A stretch of 64,000 nt of DNA from NCBI RefSeq assembly GCF_048269865.1, contig NZ_JBLWUA010000009.1, positions 44,683 to 108,682 on the forward strand, given 5' to 3'. The notes under the pieces are model-generated. The model was not told where the DNA came from. It saw nothing but the letters and a program-made list of their open reading frames with translations, and searched no databases. The position numbers were made by a program, and so were the translations under genes. Shown in pieces: positions 55,897-64,000 of this stretch. This stretch comes from Parasphingorhabdus sp. (GTDB lineage: Bacteria > Pseudomonadota > Alphaproteobacteria > Sphingomonadales > Sphingomonadaceae). Numbering within the stretch: position 1 is the first letter of the stretch; every line of letters starts with the position of its first letter.

Positions 55897-55934
55897 CGCA
55901 AATCAGTGCAGGACACGACGACATTCCCCTGCGC

Positions 55935-55973
55935 AAAAAAAGAGCTCCGGAGCCGCTAGTGCGGCGCCGGAGC
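55935..55973 (-). terminator. Rho-independent terminator of the TBDR gene at 56029-58455
   Basis: GCTCCGGAGCCGC-tagt-GCGGCGCCGGAGC with one mismatch. On the minus strand TTTTTTT follows it. Confidence 0.7.
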
Positions 55974-56028
55974 AGAAAGTTGGACGAAGTTCGGAGAGGA
56001 AGAACTTCGCTGCAGATTGTGCGTCAGA

Positions 56029-58455
56029 CTATTTTCTGAGCGAGACCGTCAAGCCGATGGTGCGGGGACGGAAGGTACCGGCACGATAGTATATCGAGTC
56101 CGGAGTTTCATGGAATAGCGCCAGCAGAGGTTGACTGTTGGTAACGTTATTCACGAAGAGGCTGACATCCATGCTTGTATCATCGGAAAGATAAAATTTG
56201 CTTCCCAAACGCAGATCGAGCTGCGAGGTCGCTGGCGGACGCGGCAAGTTCGGATCCGTCAGCGGCGAGTTGAGATCGAGAGGCTCCTTGATCCGGCTGC
56301 TGTAGCTGAAATCGGCGCGACCATAGAGTTCCGCGTCTCCGACAGGCTGAACATATTCACCGTTGAGCTGGATTGTCCAAGGCGCCACTCCGGGGAACGG
56401 CTCGCCTGCTTTTCTGATCACGGTATTGCCTGGCCCCGGGATCGATGAGGTAAATCGCGCATTTACGTAGGAAGCCGAAGCACCCACGGTCAGCCCGGTG
56501 ATCGGCCGGATCGAAAGCGCCAGATCGACACCGTCAATCTTGGCAGTTCCGAGATTGAGCGTGGTCTGGATCGTACACTGTGGCAAGATGATCAGGGTCT
56601 GTACATTCTTCCAGTCAACCCGGTAGGCTGAAAGGTCAACTGCCAGCTTTCCATCAAACAGCCGATTTTTGCTGCCGACTTCATAGCTCCAGATGGAATC
56701 AGGGTCTACGTCGCGCGTAGTGTAAGGGTCGATCCCGATCGCTGCGGCGTCGGCAATACAGTTGCCGCCGACTGGTGGTGCAACACCAGATCCGCGCACA
56801 CCTTTGCTGGCGCTTGCGTAAAACAGATTGTTTTGATCAGCCTGGAAAGAGACGCCAAATTTCGGAGTGAAAGTCTTGCTGGTCGTATTAGCCGTGTCCG
56901 TCTGACCATCGCTGGAAAGGACCGGCCCTGCGCCAAAGCCGGTGAAGTCGTATTTCGCAATCGTATAACGCACGCCTGCGGTCAGCTTAAGCCGATCAAT
57001 GACTTCATAGTCAGCCTGGGCATAGGCAGCATATTGCTTGTCGCGGTGCTCGTTGCGCGCAAAATTCGAAAATTTTCCTTGATAGAGTTCGGTTCCGAAA
57101 AACGAATCGGTAAGACTGGCGAATGGCGCTTCGCCGATCGCATCCTGAAACAGATTGATCACGTCGAGCAAACGATCATCACTGGCCGCGTATTGATCAC
57201 GCACATATGACTTCTGGTAGAACAAGCCAGCGATCCAGTTCAGCCGATCGGACTGGTTATTATCCTGCAGACGCAGTTCTTGTGTAAATGCTGTCTGCTT
57301 GGTCTCATTCAATGTACTCGGCGCGTAGTTCTCGAAGCCTGCCGGGAACGGACCTCCGGTGAAGCCGCCCGAGAAGACGTAGCTCAGCGAGGTGTCGTCG
57401 TTGATCGTTTCCGTCGTGCGATGGAAATAGGACGTATCCGAAATCAGCGCTACGCCGCCAAGATCGAGTTCTGCCTTCAGGGCAGGCAAGGTGAACTTGT
57501 CTTTGCGCGGCTCCGCACGCTGGTTCAGGCTGAGACGCAGATCACCCGATTCACGGTTGGAAGTCGCCAGTTCGAACCTTGCTCCGTCGTTGATTTTGAG
57601 ATCCTGATGATAGATCGATGGCGTCACCGTGAGCATATCACCCAGCCGGAAGCCCAAAGCGAGCCTTGCGGAAAAACTGTCCTGGCTGTTGCTGTCCTTG
57701 CGAACCAGCTGCTTGGTGTAAGGATCAAGCCTGTCAATATAGCCGCCATCGCGCCTTAGCCACGCACTGGCCCTGAATGCGATCTTGTCTTGTACAATTG
57801 GCGCGCCCACGGCCACACCGCCTTCGTAACTCGCAGAACCATGTTTGGTGGTCGCCAATTCGGACCGCGCATAGACGCTCAAGTCATCATAATTGGGCTT
57901 GGGCATGATAAAGCGAATGGCACCGCCGACCGAACCGCTGCCGAACAGGGTACCCTGTGGTCCGCGCAACACTTCGACCCGTTCGAGATCAAACACCTGA
58001 GGATAGACATTTCCCAGCGACGGACTGACGCCAACCCGAGTCTGTACCGGCGTATCATCGATGTAAATGCCCGTGGTGGGAATTCCGGATTGGGAATCGA
58101 CCCCGCGGATTGCAATCGTCGTCTGGCCGGTGCCGTACACCGTCGCGCTCTGTCCAAATGTGATGCCCGGCGTTATCGAGGCAATATCAGCAATCGAACG
58201 GACGCCCTGGACGTCCAGTTCTTGCTGGCCCTTGGCGACGATGCTTGCCGGAGTTCGGCTGAGCACCGTTGATTTGCGGGTTGCCGTGACAACGATTTCC
58301 CCCGGGAATGCCGTCTCGCTATCAGAATTTTGAACATTGTCGGCCTGTGTGGCCTGTCCATATGCGGGCATTGCCATGGAGAGCGGAATAGCCGCGCTCG
58401 ATAACATAAAGGCTTTTATAAAAAGCGCACGGCTGTTGGTCTGGTTCCCGGTCAA
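56029..58455 (-). CDS. TonB-dependent receptor
   Basis: TTG start with GAGGGAG 7 nt upstream. Signal peptide ...AIPLSMAMPAYGQA. Plug motifs (IVVTATRK..., VLRGPQGTLFGSGS). 808 aa. Confidence 0.88.
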   Translation of the reverse strand: MTGNQTNSRALFIKAFMLSSAAIPLSMAMPAYGQATQADNVQNSDSETAFPGEIVVTATRKSTVLSRTPASIVAKGQQELDVQGVRSIADIASITPGITFGQSATVYGTGQTTIAIRGVDSQSGIPTTGIYIDDTPVQTRVGVSPSLGNVYPQVFDLERVEVLRGPQGTLFGSGSVGGAIRFIMPKPNYDDLSVYARSELATTKHGSASYEGGVAVGAPIVQDKIAFRASAWLRRDGGYIDRLDPYTKQLVRKDSNSQDSFSARLALGFRLGDMLTVTPSIYHQDLKINDGARFELATSNRESGDLRLSLNQRAEPRKDKFTLPALKAELDLGGVALISDTSYFHRTTETINDDTSLSYVFSGGFTGGPFPAGFENYAPSTLNETKQTAFTQELRLQDNNQSDRLNWIAGLFYQKSYVRDQYAASDDRLLDVINLFQDAIGEAPFASLTDSFFGTELYQGKFSNFARNEHRDKQYAAYAQADYEVIDRLKLTAGVRYTIAKYDFTGFGAGPVLSSDGQTDTANTTSKTFTPKFGVSFQADQNNLFYASASKGVRGSGVAPPVGGNCIADAAAIGIDPYTTRDVDPDSIWSYEVGSKNRLFDGKLAVDLSAYRVDWKNVQTLIILPQCTIQTTLNLGTAKIDGVDLALSIRPITGLTVGASASYVNARFTSSIPGPGNTVIRKAGEPFPGVAPWTIQLNGEYVQPVGDAELYGRADFSYSSRIKEPLDLNSPLTDPNLPRPPATSQLDLRLGSKFYLSDDTSMDVSLFVNNVTNSQPLLALFHETPDSIYYRAGTFRPRTIGLTVSLRK

Positions 58456-58917
58456 AATAAAACTCCCTCGTTAACTTAACATCAAAAATGCCGTCAATTT
58501 TAATATTTCAAGACGGTCAAAAGCGATGTGCCACCTCCCTGATGACGCCACCTACACACAAATCGGATTAGAACTTCGTCGATTCGCACAAATGGATAGC
58601 CTAATCACAAAATGTAAACAATACTGTATATTTACCTTTCTTTGTTTCACATTCGGTACAATTGAAACGATTTGGATATCGAGCTCAAAGGGCGAATGAA
58701 GATGCAGAACAGCAATATTGAACAAGCGTTGCGGACCCCGCCAGTATCAACCTTCAAGTTGCCACAGCATGCTCCAACTATCGCCAGAGGCCGCACCGTC
58801 GAGCGCAATGCCTACGCCAACAGCACTACCTGTTTCGATGTGTAGGCATGGCCTAAACCGGTGCGGAAGTCCGCAAGGGCTTACACAACGATACGAATCA
58901 CTATATGAATATGCATA

Positions 58918-58937
58918 CTTTAAGTTTAAAATAAAGG
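58918..58937 (+). promoter_or_regulatory. 20-nt motif CTTTAAGTTTAAAATAAAGG, copy 1
   Basis: 19/20 identical to 60399-60418. It lies about 180 nt upstream of the wHTH regulator gene. Confidence 0.4.
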
Positions 58938-59115
58938 CAAGGCGCGTTATCGTTAACCGGTCAACCTAAAACGATTCCGGGCCAGTGATAGGCTTTTAGC
59001 CAAAGGCCATTGCCGGATGGCTCAGCGTGACTACCATGGCGAAGGCCAGCGCACCGATCCGCGGGCCTGCAGACGGATTTATGAAGATTGTAACTGGAGT
59101 TGGGCGAATGGATAG

Positions 59116-60357
59116 ATGAAACCGAAACTGGAGAAAGATCTTCTAGCCCGTTTCGATAGTGAAACAGCCAAGTTTCGCGCGGTTCTGGCGAAGGGCCGTT
59201 CATCCAACCAAGTGGCGCTGTTCGATTTACTTGTTGAACGATCCATGGATGAAAGGTCGCCAAAAGAAATTGAGATCGCCCTCGCGCTATTCGGGAACAA
59301 GGCCTCTCTCGACACCAATACGGATTCGGGCGTCCGCGTCTATGTCCATCGCCTTCGTAAGCGCATTGATGATTACTACCGCGGGAAATCGGGGACCCGC
59401 CTGGTCATCCCCAAAGGCGAATATCGGATTCTGCTAGAGGATGTCGACGCTCCAGAGCCACACCTTAGCCCGCTAACCCGTATCATTCGGCTCTTGACGG
59501 TGAATCCGACGCTTAGCATTGGACTGTCGTTCATTCTGTGTGCAGCCCTGATTTTCGCGAACTGGCAGATGGAGATATGGCCCACCGACCGCTCCCGGAC
59601 GTCAGCCGCTGTCAATGCGCGACCCGACCTTTTTGCGGGAACCAACGCATGGCACGATCCACTATTTGCAATAGGTGACAATTTGCTGCTGGCCGAAACG
59701 GAAGACCAGCTCGTTATCCAGCGCATGATACTGAATCCCGAGGTCCAGACGCGCGAAACATTTGGTCGCTTTTTAATAGATCATCCGGAGAAGTTCTACG
59801 AACTCTACGATTTCGGCCTCAGATTTTCACCAATCGAAACAGTGGAGATTGCCTGGAAAGTACAGGAAGCGCTTTCGGCATCGACCATTGGCAAAAGAAA
59901 GGACGCAGCAATGATGCCGGTCTCATCGATCGGTACCGAAAAGCTGCAATCCCACGATATCATTTATGTCGGCAGGTTGTCGCAGCTGGGAATGCTACAC
60001 CAATATGCTTTTTCCCATTCGCGCCTGCGGCTGACAGCCTACGATCAGCTTACCGACAAACTGAACGGAACGGTCTTCAAAGGTCAGGTCTATGTCGCAA
60101 CAGGGGCCAACGCCAAGCCCGATTACGGCTATCTCTCTATACAAGCGAGCCCCGGAGGCCGCACGCTGGTGATTATGGCGGGGCTCGGTGATCGGGGAAC
60201 CGCAGCAATCGCCGATCTGCTGCACTCTCCCGAAGCCTTGGCATCGTTGAAGAAAAAATTGGGGAAAGCACGGCATTTCGAGGCACTATTCGAAGTCACA
60301 ACTCTGCCGAGCCGCCCGACAAACCGTCGCCTGATCCTGCTGAATCCTCTCTCTTAA
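59116..60357 (+). CDS. Membrane-tethered winged-helix (CadC/ToxR-like) transcriptional regulator with a periplasmic C-terminal domain
   Basis: N-terminal wHTH-like region (...VRVYVHRLRKRIDDYY...GEYRILL), one TM helix (LSIGLSFILCAALIFANW), and about 260 aa of C-terminal domain of unknown family. Confidence 0.55.
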   Translation: MKPKLEKDLLARFDSETAKFRAVLAKGRSSNQVALFDLLVERSMDERSPKEIEIALALFGNKASLDTNTDSGVRVYVHRLRKRIDDYYRGKSGTRLVIPKGEYRILLEDVDAPEPHLSPLTRIIRLLTVNPTLSIGLSFILCAALIFANWQMEIWPTDRSRTSAAVNARPDLFAGTNAWHDPLFAIGDNLLLAETEDQLVIQRMILNPEVQTRETFGRFLIDHPEKFYELYDFGLRFSPIETVEIAWKVQEALSASTIGKRKDAAMMPVSSIGTEKLQSHDIIYVGRLSQLGMLHQYAFSHSRLRLTAYDQLTDKLNGTVFKGQVYVATGANAKPDYGYLSIQASPGGRTLVIMAGLGDRGTAAIADLLHSPEALASLKKKLGKARHFEALFEVTTLPSRPTNRRLILLNPLS

Positions 60358-60398
60358 CAACAAGCTGCATATTATCGCTTGGCGCGCAATTGGTTTTC

Positions 60399-60418
60399 CT
60401 TTAAGTTTGAAATAAAGG
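60399..60418 (+). promoter_or_regulatory. 20-nt motif CTTTAAGTTTGAAATAAAGG, copy 2
   Basis: It sits immediately upstream of, and overlaps, the RBS of the hydroxylase gene (start at 60430). Confidence 0.4.
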
Positions 60419-60429
60419 AGAATGTTACA

Positions 60430-62730
60430 ATGCGGATAGCCTGTTTGGGTGGAGGCCCCGCCGGATTATATTTCGCGATTTCCGCAAAATTGCGCGATCC
60501 GGCACACGATATTCATGTATTCGAGCGGAATCGTTCGGGAGAGACCTTTGGCTGGGGCGTGGTTTTTTCCGATCAGACGATGACGAATCTGATGCAAAAT
60601 GATTCGGTTAGCGCCGAGAAAATGGCCAGCAGTCTTGCCCATTGGGACGATATAGAGGTGCAGGTTTCCGGCCAGTCCGTGATCTCTTCCGGCCACGGGT
60701 TCATCGGCATCGGTCGCAAGCGATTGCTCGAAATTTTGAGCGATCGTGCGAAGGCGTTGGGCGTCACCATTCATAACGAATTTCCGTTCGATGCCGACCT
60801 GACCCGTTTTTCCGATTTTGATCTGGTCGTAGCAGCCGATGGCATCAACAGCGAAGTGCGGACCGCCAATGCCGAAAAGCTGGGTGTCACCATCGACCAG
60901 CGAACCAACAAATTCTGCTGGCTCGGCACCACAAAACAGTTCGATGCCTTCGCCTTTCTTTTTGAAAAAACAGATGCAGGCTGGATATGGGCGCATGCCT
61001 ATCGCTTTGACGAGACCCACTCCACCTTCATCGTCGAATGCTCGCCGGAAACCTGGGAAGGCCTCGGCTTTGAAAATATGGAGCAGCCTGAATCGATCGC
61101 CTTGTGCGAAAAGATTTTCGCACGGCACCTGGATGGCCATCCCCTCATCACCAACGCAACCCATCTGCGCGGATCAGCTGCCTGGATCAATTTTCGCCGC
61201 GTGGTGTGCGAAAACTGGTCCTTCGATAATGTTGTCCTGCTTGGCGACGCCGCGCATACCGCACATTTTTCCATTGGTTCGGGGACAAAACTGGCTCTTG
61301 AGGACTCGATCAAGCTGGCTGAAGTCCTTGATCGACCGGGACTTGGTGACCGTGCAGCGCTAAAAAACGCGCTGAGCGACTATCGCGATCAGCGGCATAT
61401 CGAAGTGCTCAAGATTCAGAACAGCGCCCGCAATTCGACCGAATGGTTTGAAACGCTGGACCGCTATATCGGATTCGAACTGCCACAATTCGCCTATTCG
61501 CTGATGACCCGTAGCCAGCGGGTCAGTCATGAGAATCTCAGGATCCGTGACCCCGATTGGCTGGGCGGTGTTGAGCGCTGGTTTTCAGGCAACAACTTGC
61601 AAGAACATATCCCGCCACAACCAATGTTTACGCCTTTTACGCTGGGCGACATGCACTTGGCCAACCGGGTGGTGGTACCTGCAATGCTGACCTACAGCGC
61701 CGACGAGCAGGGATGCACGACAGCTTTTCACCCGGTGCATTATGGAGCGCGGGCATTGGGCGGTGCGGGGCTGATTATCACCGAATCCCTGGCGGTTTCC
61801 TCCGAAGGCCGAACCACCCTCGCCTGCCCCGGACTTTACGACGATGAGCAGCTGGAAAGCTGGCAACAGATTGTCACCTTCGCTCATCAGCACAGCAAGG
61901 CTCGAATGTGCGCGCAGCTCAGCCACGCCGGGCCACGCGGAAGTTGCCAGATACCGGAGGGAACCAAGGGCATGGATGTTCCGCTGGAGGATCCATGGCC
62001 CCTGATCGCTGCATCTGCTCAACCCTGGCGGCCAGGAGGCCTGGTTCCCAGGGCAGCGAATGATGCTGATCTCGACCGAATCTGTCAGAATTTCGTTTCA
62101 GCCGCGGAGCGTGCGGAAAAAGCCGGGTTTGACATGATCGAGATCCATGCCGGGCATGGAACATTGCTGGCGAGTTTTCTTTCACCCGCGCTCAATGCGC
62201 GGACCGACAGCCATGGCGGAAGTCTGCAGAACCGTCTGCGCTATCCGCTCCGTGTAGTTGAGGCCGTACGCCGGGTATGGCCTTCCTCGAAACCACTGGC
62301 CGTCCGTTTTTCGGCGAACGACTGGCTGGGCGAGCGGGGCATCACGCCAGCCGATGCAGTTGTCATCGCGCGCGCGCTTAAAAATGCCGGGGTGGACCTC
62401 ATCGATGTGTCCGCAGGCGAGACAAGCCCTGACGCAAAACCGGTTTACGGACGGATGTTCCAGACTCCCTTTGCAGACCAGATCCGCAACGAATCCGGGA
62501 TTCCCGTCATCGCGGTTGGCAACATATTTGAGGCTGATCAGGTCAACTCCATTGTCACAGCCGGCCGTGCTGACCTTGTGGCGATGGGGCGGCCCCATCT
62601 TGCCGATCCGGTCTGGACATTGCGCGCGTCGGCCGCAGCCAACGACCACACGCAGTTTGTCCCTTCCCCTTATATATTGGGACAGGACCAGGCACGCAGA
62701 CTTGCCGAAAAAGCAAAAAGCGCACAATGA
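60430..62730 (+). CDS. Bifunctional salicylyl-CoA 5-hydroxylase-type FAD monooxygenase / OYE-like NADH:flavin oxidoreductase
   Basis: Start at MRIACLGGGPAGLYFA (Rossmann GxGxxG) with AAAGGAG upstream. The N-terminal aromatic-ring hydroxylase is fused to a C-terminal Old-Yellow-Enzyme-like TIM barrel (...IEIHAGHGTLLASFLSP...). About 766 aa. Confidence 0.75.
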   Translation: MRIACLGGGPAGLYFAISAKLRDPAHDIHVFERNRSGETFGWGVVFSDQTMTNLMQNDSVSAEKMASSLAHWDDIEVQVSGQSVISSGHGFIGIGRKRLLEILSDRAKALGVTIHNEFPFDADLTRFSDFDLVVAADGINSEVRTANAEKLGVTIDQRTNKFCWLGTTKQFDAFAFLFEKTDAGWIWAHAYRFDETHSTFIVECSPETWEGLGFENMEQPESIALCEKIFARHLDGHPLITNATHLRGSAAWINFRRVVCENWSFDNVVLLGDAAHTAHFSIGSGTKLALEDSIKLAEVLDRPGLGDRAALKNALSDYRDQRHIEVLKIQNSARNSTEWFETLDRYIGFELPQFAYSLMTRSQRVSHENLRIRDPDWLGGVERWFSGNNLQEHIPPQPMFTPFTLGDMHLANRVVVPAMLTYSADEQGCTTAFHPVHYGARALGGAGLIITESLAVSSEGRTTLACPGLYDDEQLESWQQIVTFAHQHSKARMCAQLSHAGPRGSCQIPEGTKGMDVPLEDPWPLIAASAQPWRPGGLVPRAANDADLDRICQNFVSAAERAEKAGFDMIEIHAGHGTLLASFLSPALNARTDSHGGSLQNRLRYPLRVVEAVRRVWPSSKPLAVRFSANDWLGERGITPADAVVIARALKNAGVDLIDVSAGETSPDAKPVYGRMFQTPFADQIRNESGIPVIAVGNIFEADQVNSIVTAGRADLVAMGRPHLADPVWTLRASAAANDHTQFVPSPYILGQDQARRLAEKAKSAQ

Positions 62731-63248
62731 CCGAAAAAAATAAAGCACGAAGTGAAGGTAAGGCCATTACATTGTCAAATACGTCCAACGAAGAAGCCCT
62801 TCCTGCAGGGGCAGGATCTTCCGAACTGCGGATGTGGGTCAGGCTGCTGACTTGCGCCAAGATCGGTGAAAAACAGCTGCGTCGGAGATTTGAAGACGAG
62901 TTCAAGACCACCCTTCCCCGCTTTGATGTATTGGCCGCACTTCACCGGGTGCCAGAGGGCTTGCGGATGAGCGCCCTGTCACGAGCTTTGCTTGTATCAA
63001 ACGGGAATGTCACGCTCGTCGTCAGACAATTGCAGGAAAGCGGTCTGGTTAAAACACAGATCAACCCCGAAGATGCCCGATCCGCCATTGTATCCCTGAC
63101 CGCCGCAGGGAAGGAGCGATTCATGATTTTAGCGGAGGCGCATCATCGCTGGATTGCCGAAATATTCGACGGCGTATCAGAATCCGACATGGACATGTTG
63201 GCGCAACTGCTCGGTCGCGTCCGCTCTGAACTGAGCGCGGATCACTGA
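62727..63248 (+). CDS. MarR-family transcriptional regulator
   Basis: ATGA overlap with the hydroxylase gene. ...LPRFDVLAALHRVPEGLRMSALSRALLVSNGNVTLVVRQLQESGLV.... Confidence 0.8.
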   Translation: MTEKNKARSEGKAITLSNTSNEEALPAGAGSSELRMWVRLLTCAKIGEKQLRRRFEDEFKTTLPRFDVLAALHRVPEGLRMSALSRALLVSNGNVTLVVRQLQESGLVKTQINPEDARSAIVSLTAAGKERFMILAEAHHRWIAEIFDGVSESDMDMLAQLLGRVRSELSADH

Positions 63249-63250
63249 GC

Positions 63251-63667
63251 ATGTCATTCCAGACTTCTACCCAGGTCCGCTTTGCCCATGTTGATGCCGC
63301 CGGTATCGTGTTTTATCCGCGCTATTTTGAAATGCTGAACGGAGCAGTGGAAGACTGGTTCGCGCTGGCACTGGGCAGCGATTTCCGGACCATGCATCTT
63401 GAACGGGGTATCGGGGTCCCTTCCGTGCAAGTTGAAGCAGAATTTATGGCGCCCAGTATGCTTGGTGATGTGCTGACTATCCATATAACTCCGACGCGGG
63501 TCGGCCGAAGCAGCTGTTCTTATGAAGCGTTATTCTCTGCAGACGGAACGGACCGGATGAAAGCCAATGCCACCCTTGTCTGCATGGACATGGCCTCCCA
63601 GAAATCCACTCCCTGGCCAGATGAGATTCGTCTGCGCATGGTGGATGATATCGTTCCAGCCAACTGA
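63251..63667 (+). CDS. 4HBT/hotdog-fold thioesterase
   Basis: VRFAHVDAAGIVFYPRYFEMLNGAVEDWF motif. It starts 3 nt after the marR stop. Confidence 0.75.
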   Translation: MSFQTSTQVRFAHVDAAGIVFYPRYFEMLNGAVEDWFALALGSDFRTMHLERGIGVPSVQVEAEFMAPSMLGDVLTIHITPTRVGRSSCSYEALFSADGTDRMKANATLVCMDMASQKSTPWPDEIRLRMVDDIVPAN

Positions 63668-63719
63668 AGCAGCGCTTGCACCGCCGTGAAGCGGTGCAAG
63701 CGCGCGCAACCAACAATGA

Positions 63720-64000
63720 TCAGGCAGCAACGACGGGATGCCGCAAGGTTCCAATACCCTCGACGCAGGCAACAATCGTATCACCCGGCCAGAGAAATTC
63801 CTGGGGGTCGCGCCCGGCTCCGACGCCGGCAGGCGTTCCGGTGGCGATAATATCGCCCGGCTCGAGCGTGATGCCCTTGCTGATATCAGCGACCAGTTCA
63901 TCAACCTTGAACAGCATATGGCTGGTATTGCTGCGCTGTTTTTCCACGCCGTTTACGGTCAGCCAGAGGTCAAGAGTCTGGGGATCGGTAATTTCGTCGG
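63720..64000 (-). CDS. Fumarylacetoacetate hydrolase (FAH)-family protein, C-terminal part (5' end outside the window)
   Basis: The frame stays open to the window edge (...DLWLTVNGVEKQRSNTSHMLFKVDELVADISKGITLEPGDIIATGTPAGVG...). Confidence 0.8.
   Translation of the reverse strand, partial: DEITDPQTLDLWLTVNGVEKQRSNTSHMLFKVDELVADISKGITLEPGDIIATGTPAGVGAGRDPQEFLWPGDTIVACVEGIGTLRHPVVAA

Noticed and set aside
58696-58969. A 49-aa ORF (58696-58845, MKMQNSNIEQ...) and the 83-aa track ORF 58718-58969 in the AT-rich gap.
   Set aside because: The Shine-Dalgarno sequence is weak or absent, the two ORFs overlap in different frames, and neither has a recognisable motif. I cannot separate them from chance ORFs without conservation or expression data.
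1-64000. Visual search for tRNA, rRNA, tmRNA or SRP-like genes, CRISPR arrays, tandem repeats, transposases or integrases, toxin-antitoxin pairs and known defence-system signatures.
   Set aside because: I recognised none. Every intergenic gap over 100 nt was read, and they contain only the hairpin repeats, palindromes and AT-rich stretches reported above. A tRNAscan, Infernal or defence-finder run could still find something I missed.

Overview
The window reads as a chromosomal segment from an alphaproteobacterium. A Sphingomonadales origin is my inference from gene content and repeat types, with no search run. About 55 CDS are packed tightly.

Most are core functions:
- Housekeeping: purE-purK, folA, ribF, ileS, lspA, purH, rpe, rsmB, gpmA, htpX, ald/lrp.
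- Outer-membrane biogenesis: tamA-tamB.
- Transport: four TonB-dependent receptors (TBDRs), one truncated by the window edge. One sits in a piuC/PepSY iron-type cluster.
- c-di-GMP signalling: one membrane GGDEF-EAL protein and two minimal GGDEF paralogues in an AT-rich pocket.
- Catabolism: an alcohol dehydrogenase, thioesterase and acyl-CoA dehydrogenase operon, and a salicylyl-CoA 5-hydroxylase-type aromatic cluster at the 3' end.

By eye I saw no rRNA, tRNA, CRISPR array, transposase or integrase, and no recognisable defence island.

The observations most worth a second look:
1. A three-module hairpin repeat sits in frame inside the essential ileS gene, with a near-identical inverted copy in the upstream intergenic region.
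2. A divergently arranged TBDR and lipoprotein DUF3604 / membrane parvulin-like PPIase / extended HupE operon shares a Zur-like palindrome.
3. A TIGR03032-like, TagF-like and MobA-like nucleotidyltransferase trio could be a surface-polymer or lipid-decoration module.
4. In the tandem minimal GGDEF pair, one copy keeps the RxxD I-site but has AGNEF in place of GGDEF.
5. An in-frame TGA splits a PadR-linked polytopic membrane protein ahead of a conserved-looking C-terminal motif.
6. 81-nt direct repeats flank a marR-ABM cassette.

All family assignments are from motif recognition by eye. No BLAST or HMM search was possible, and start codons are chosen from signal peptide, RBS and overlap logic.
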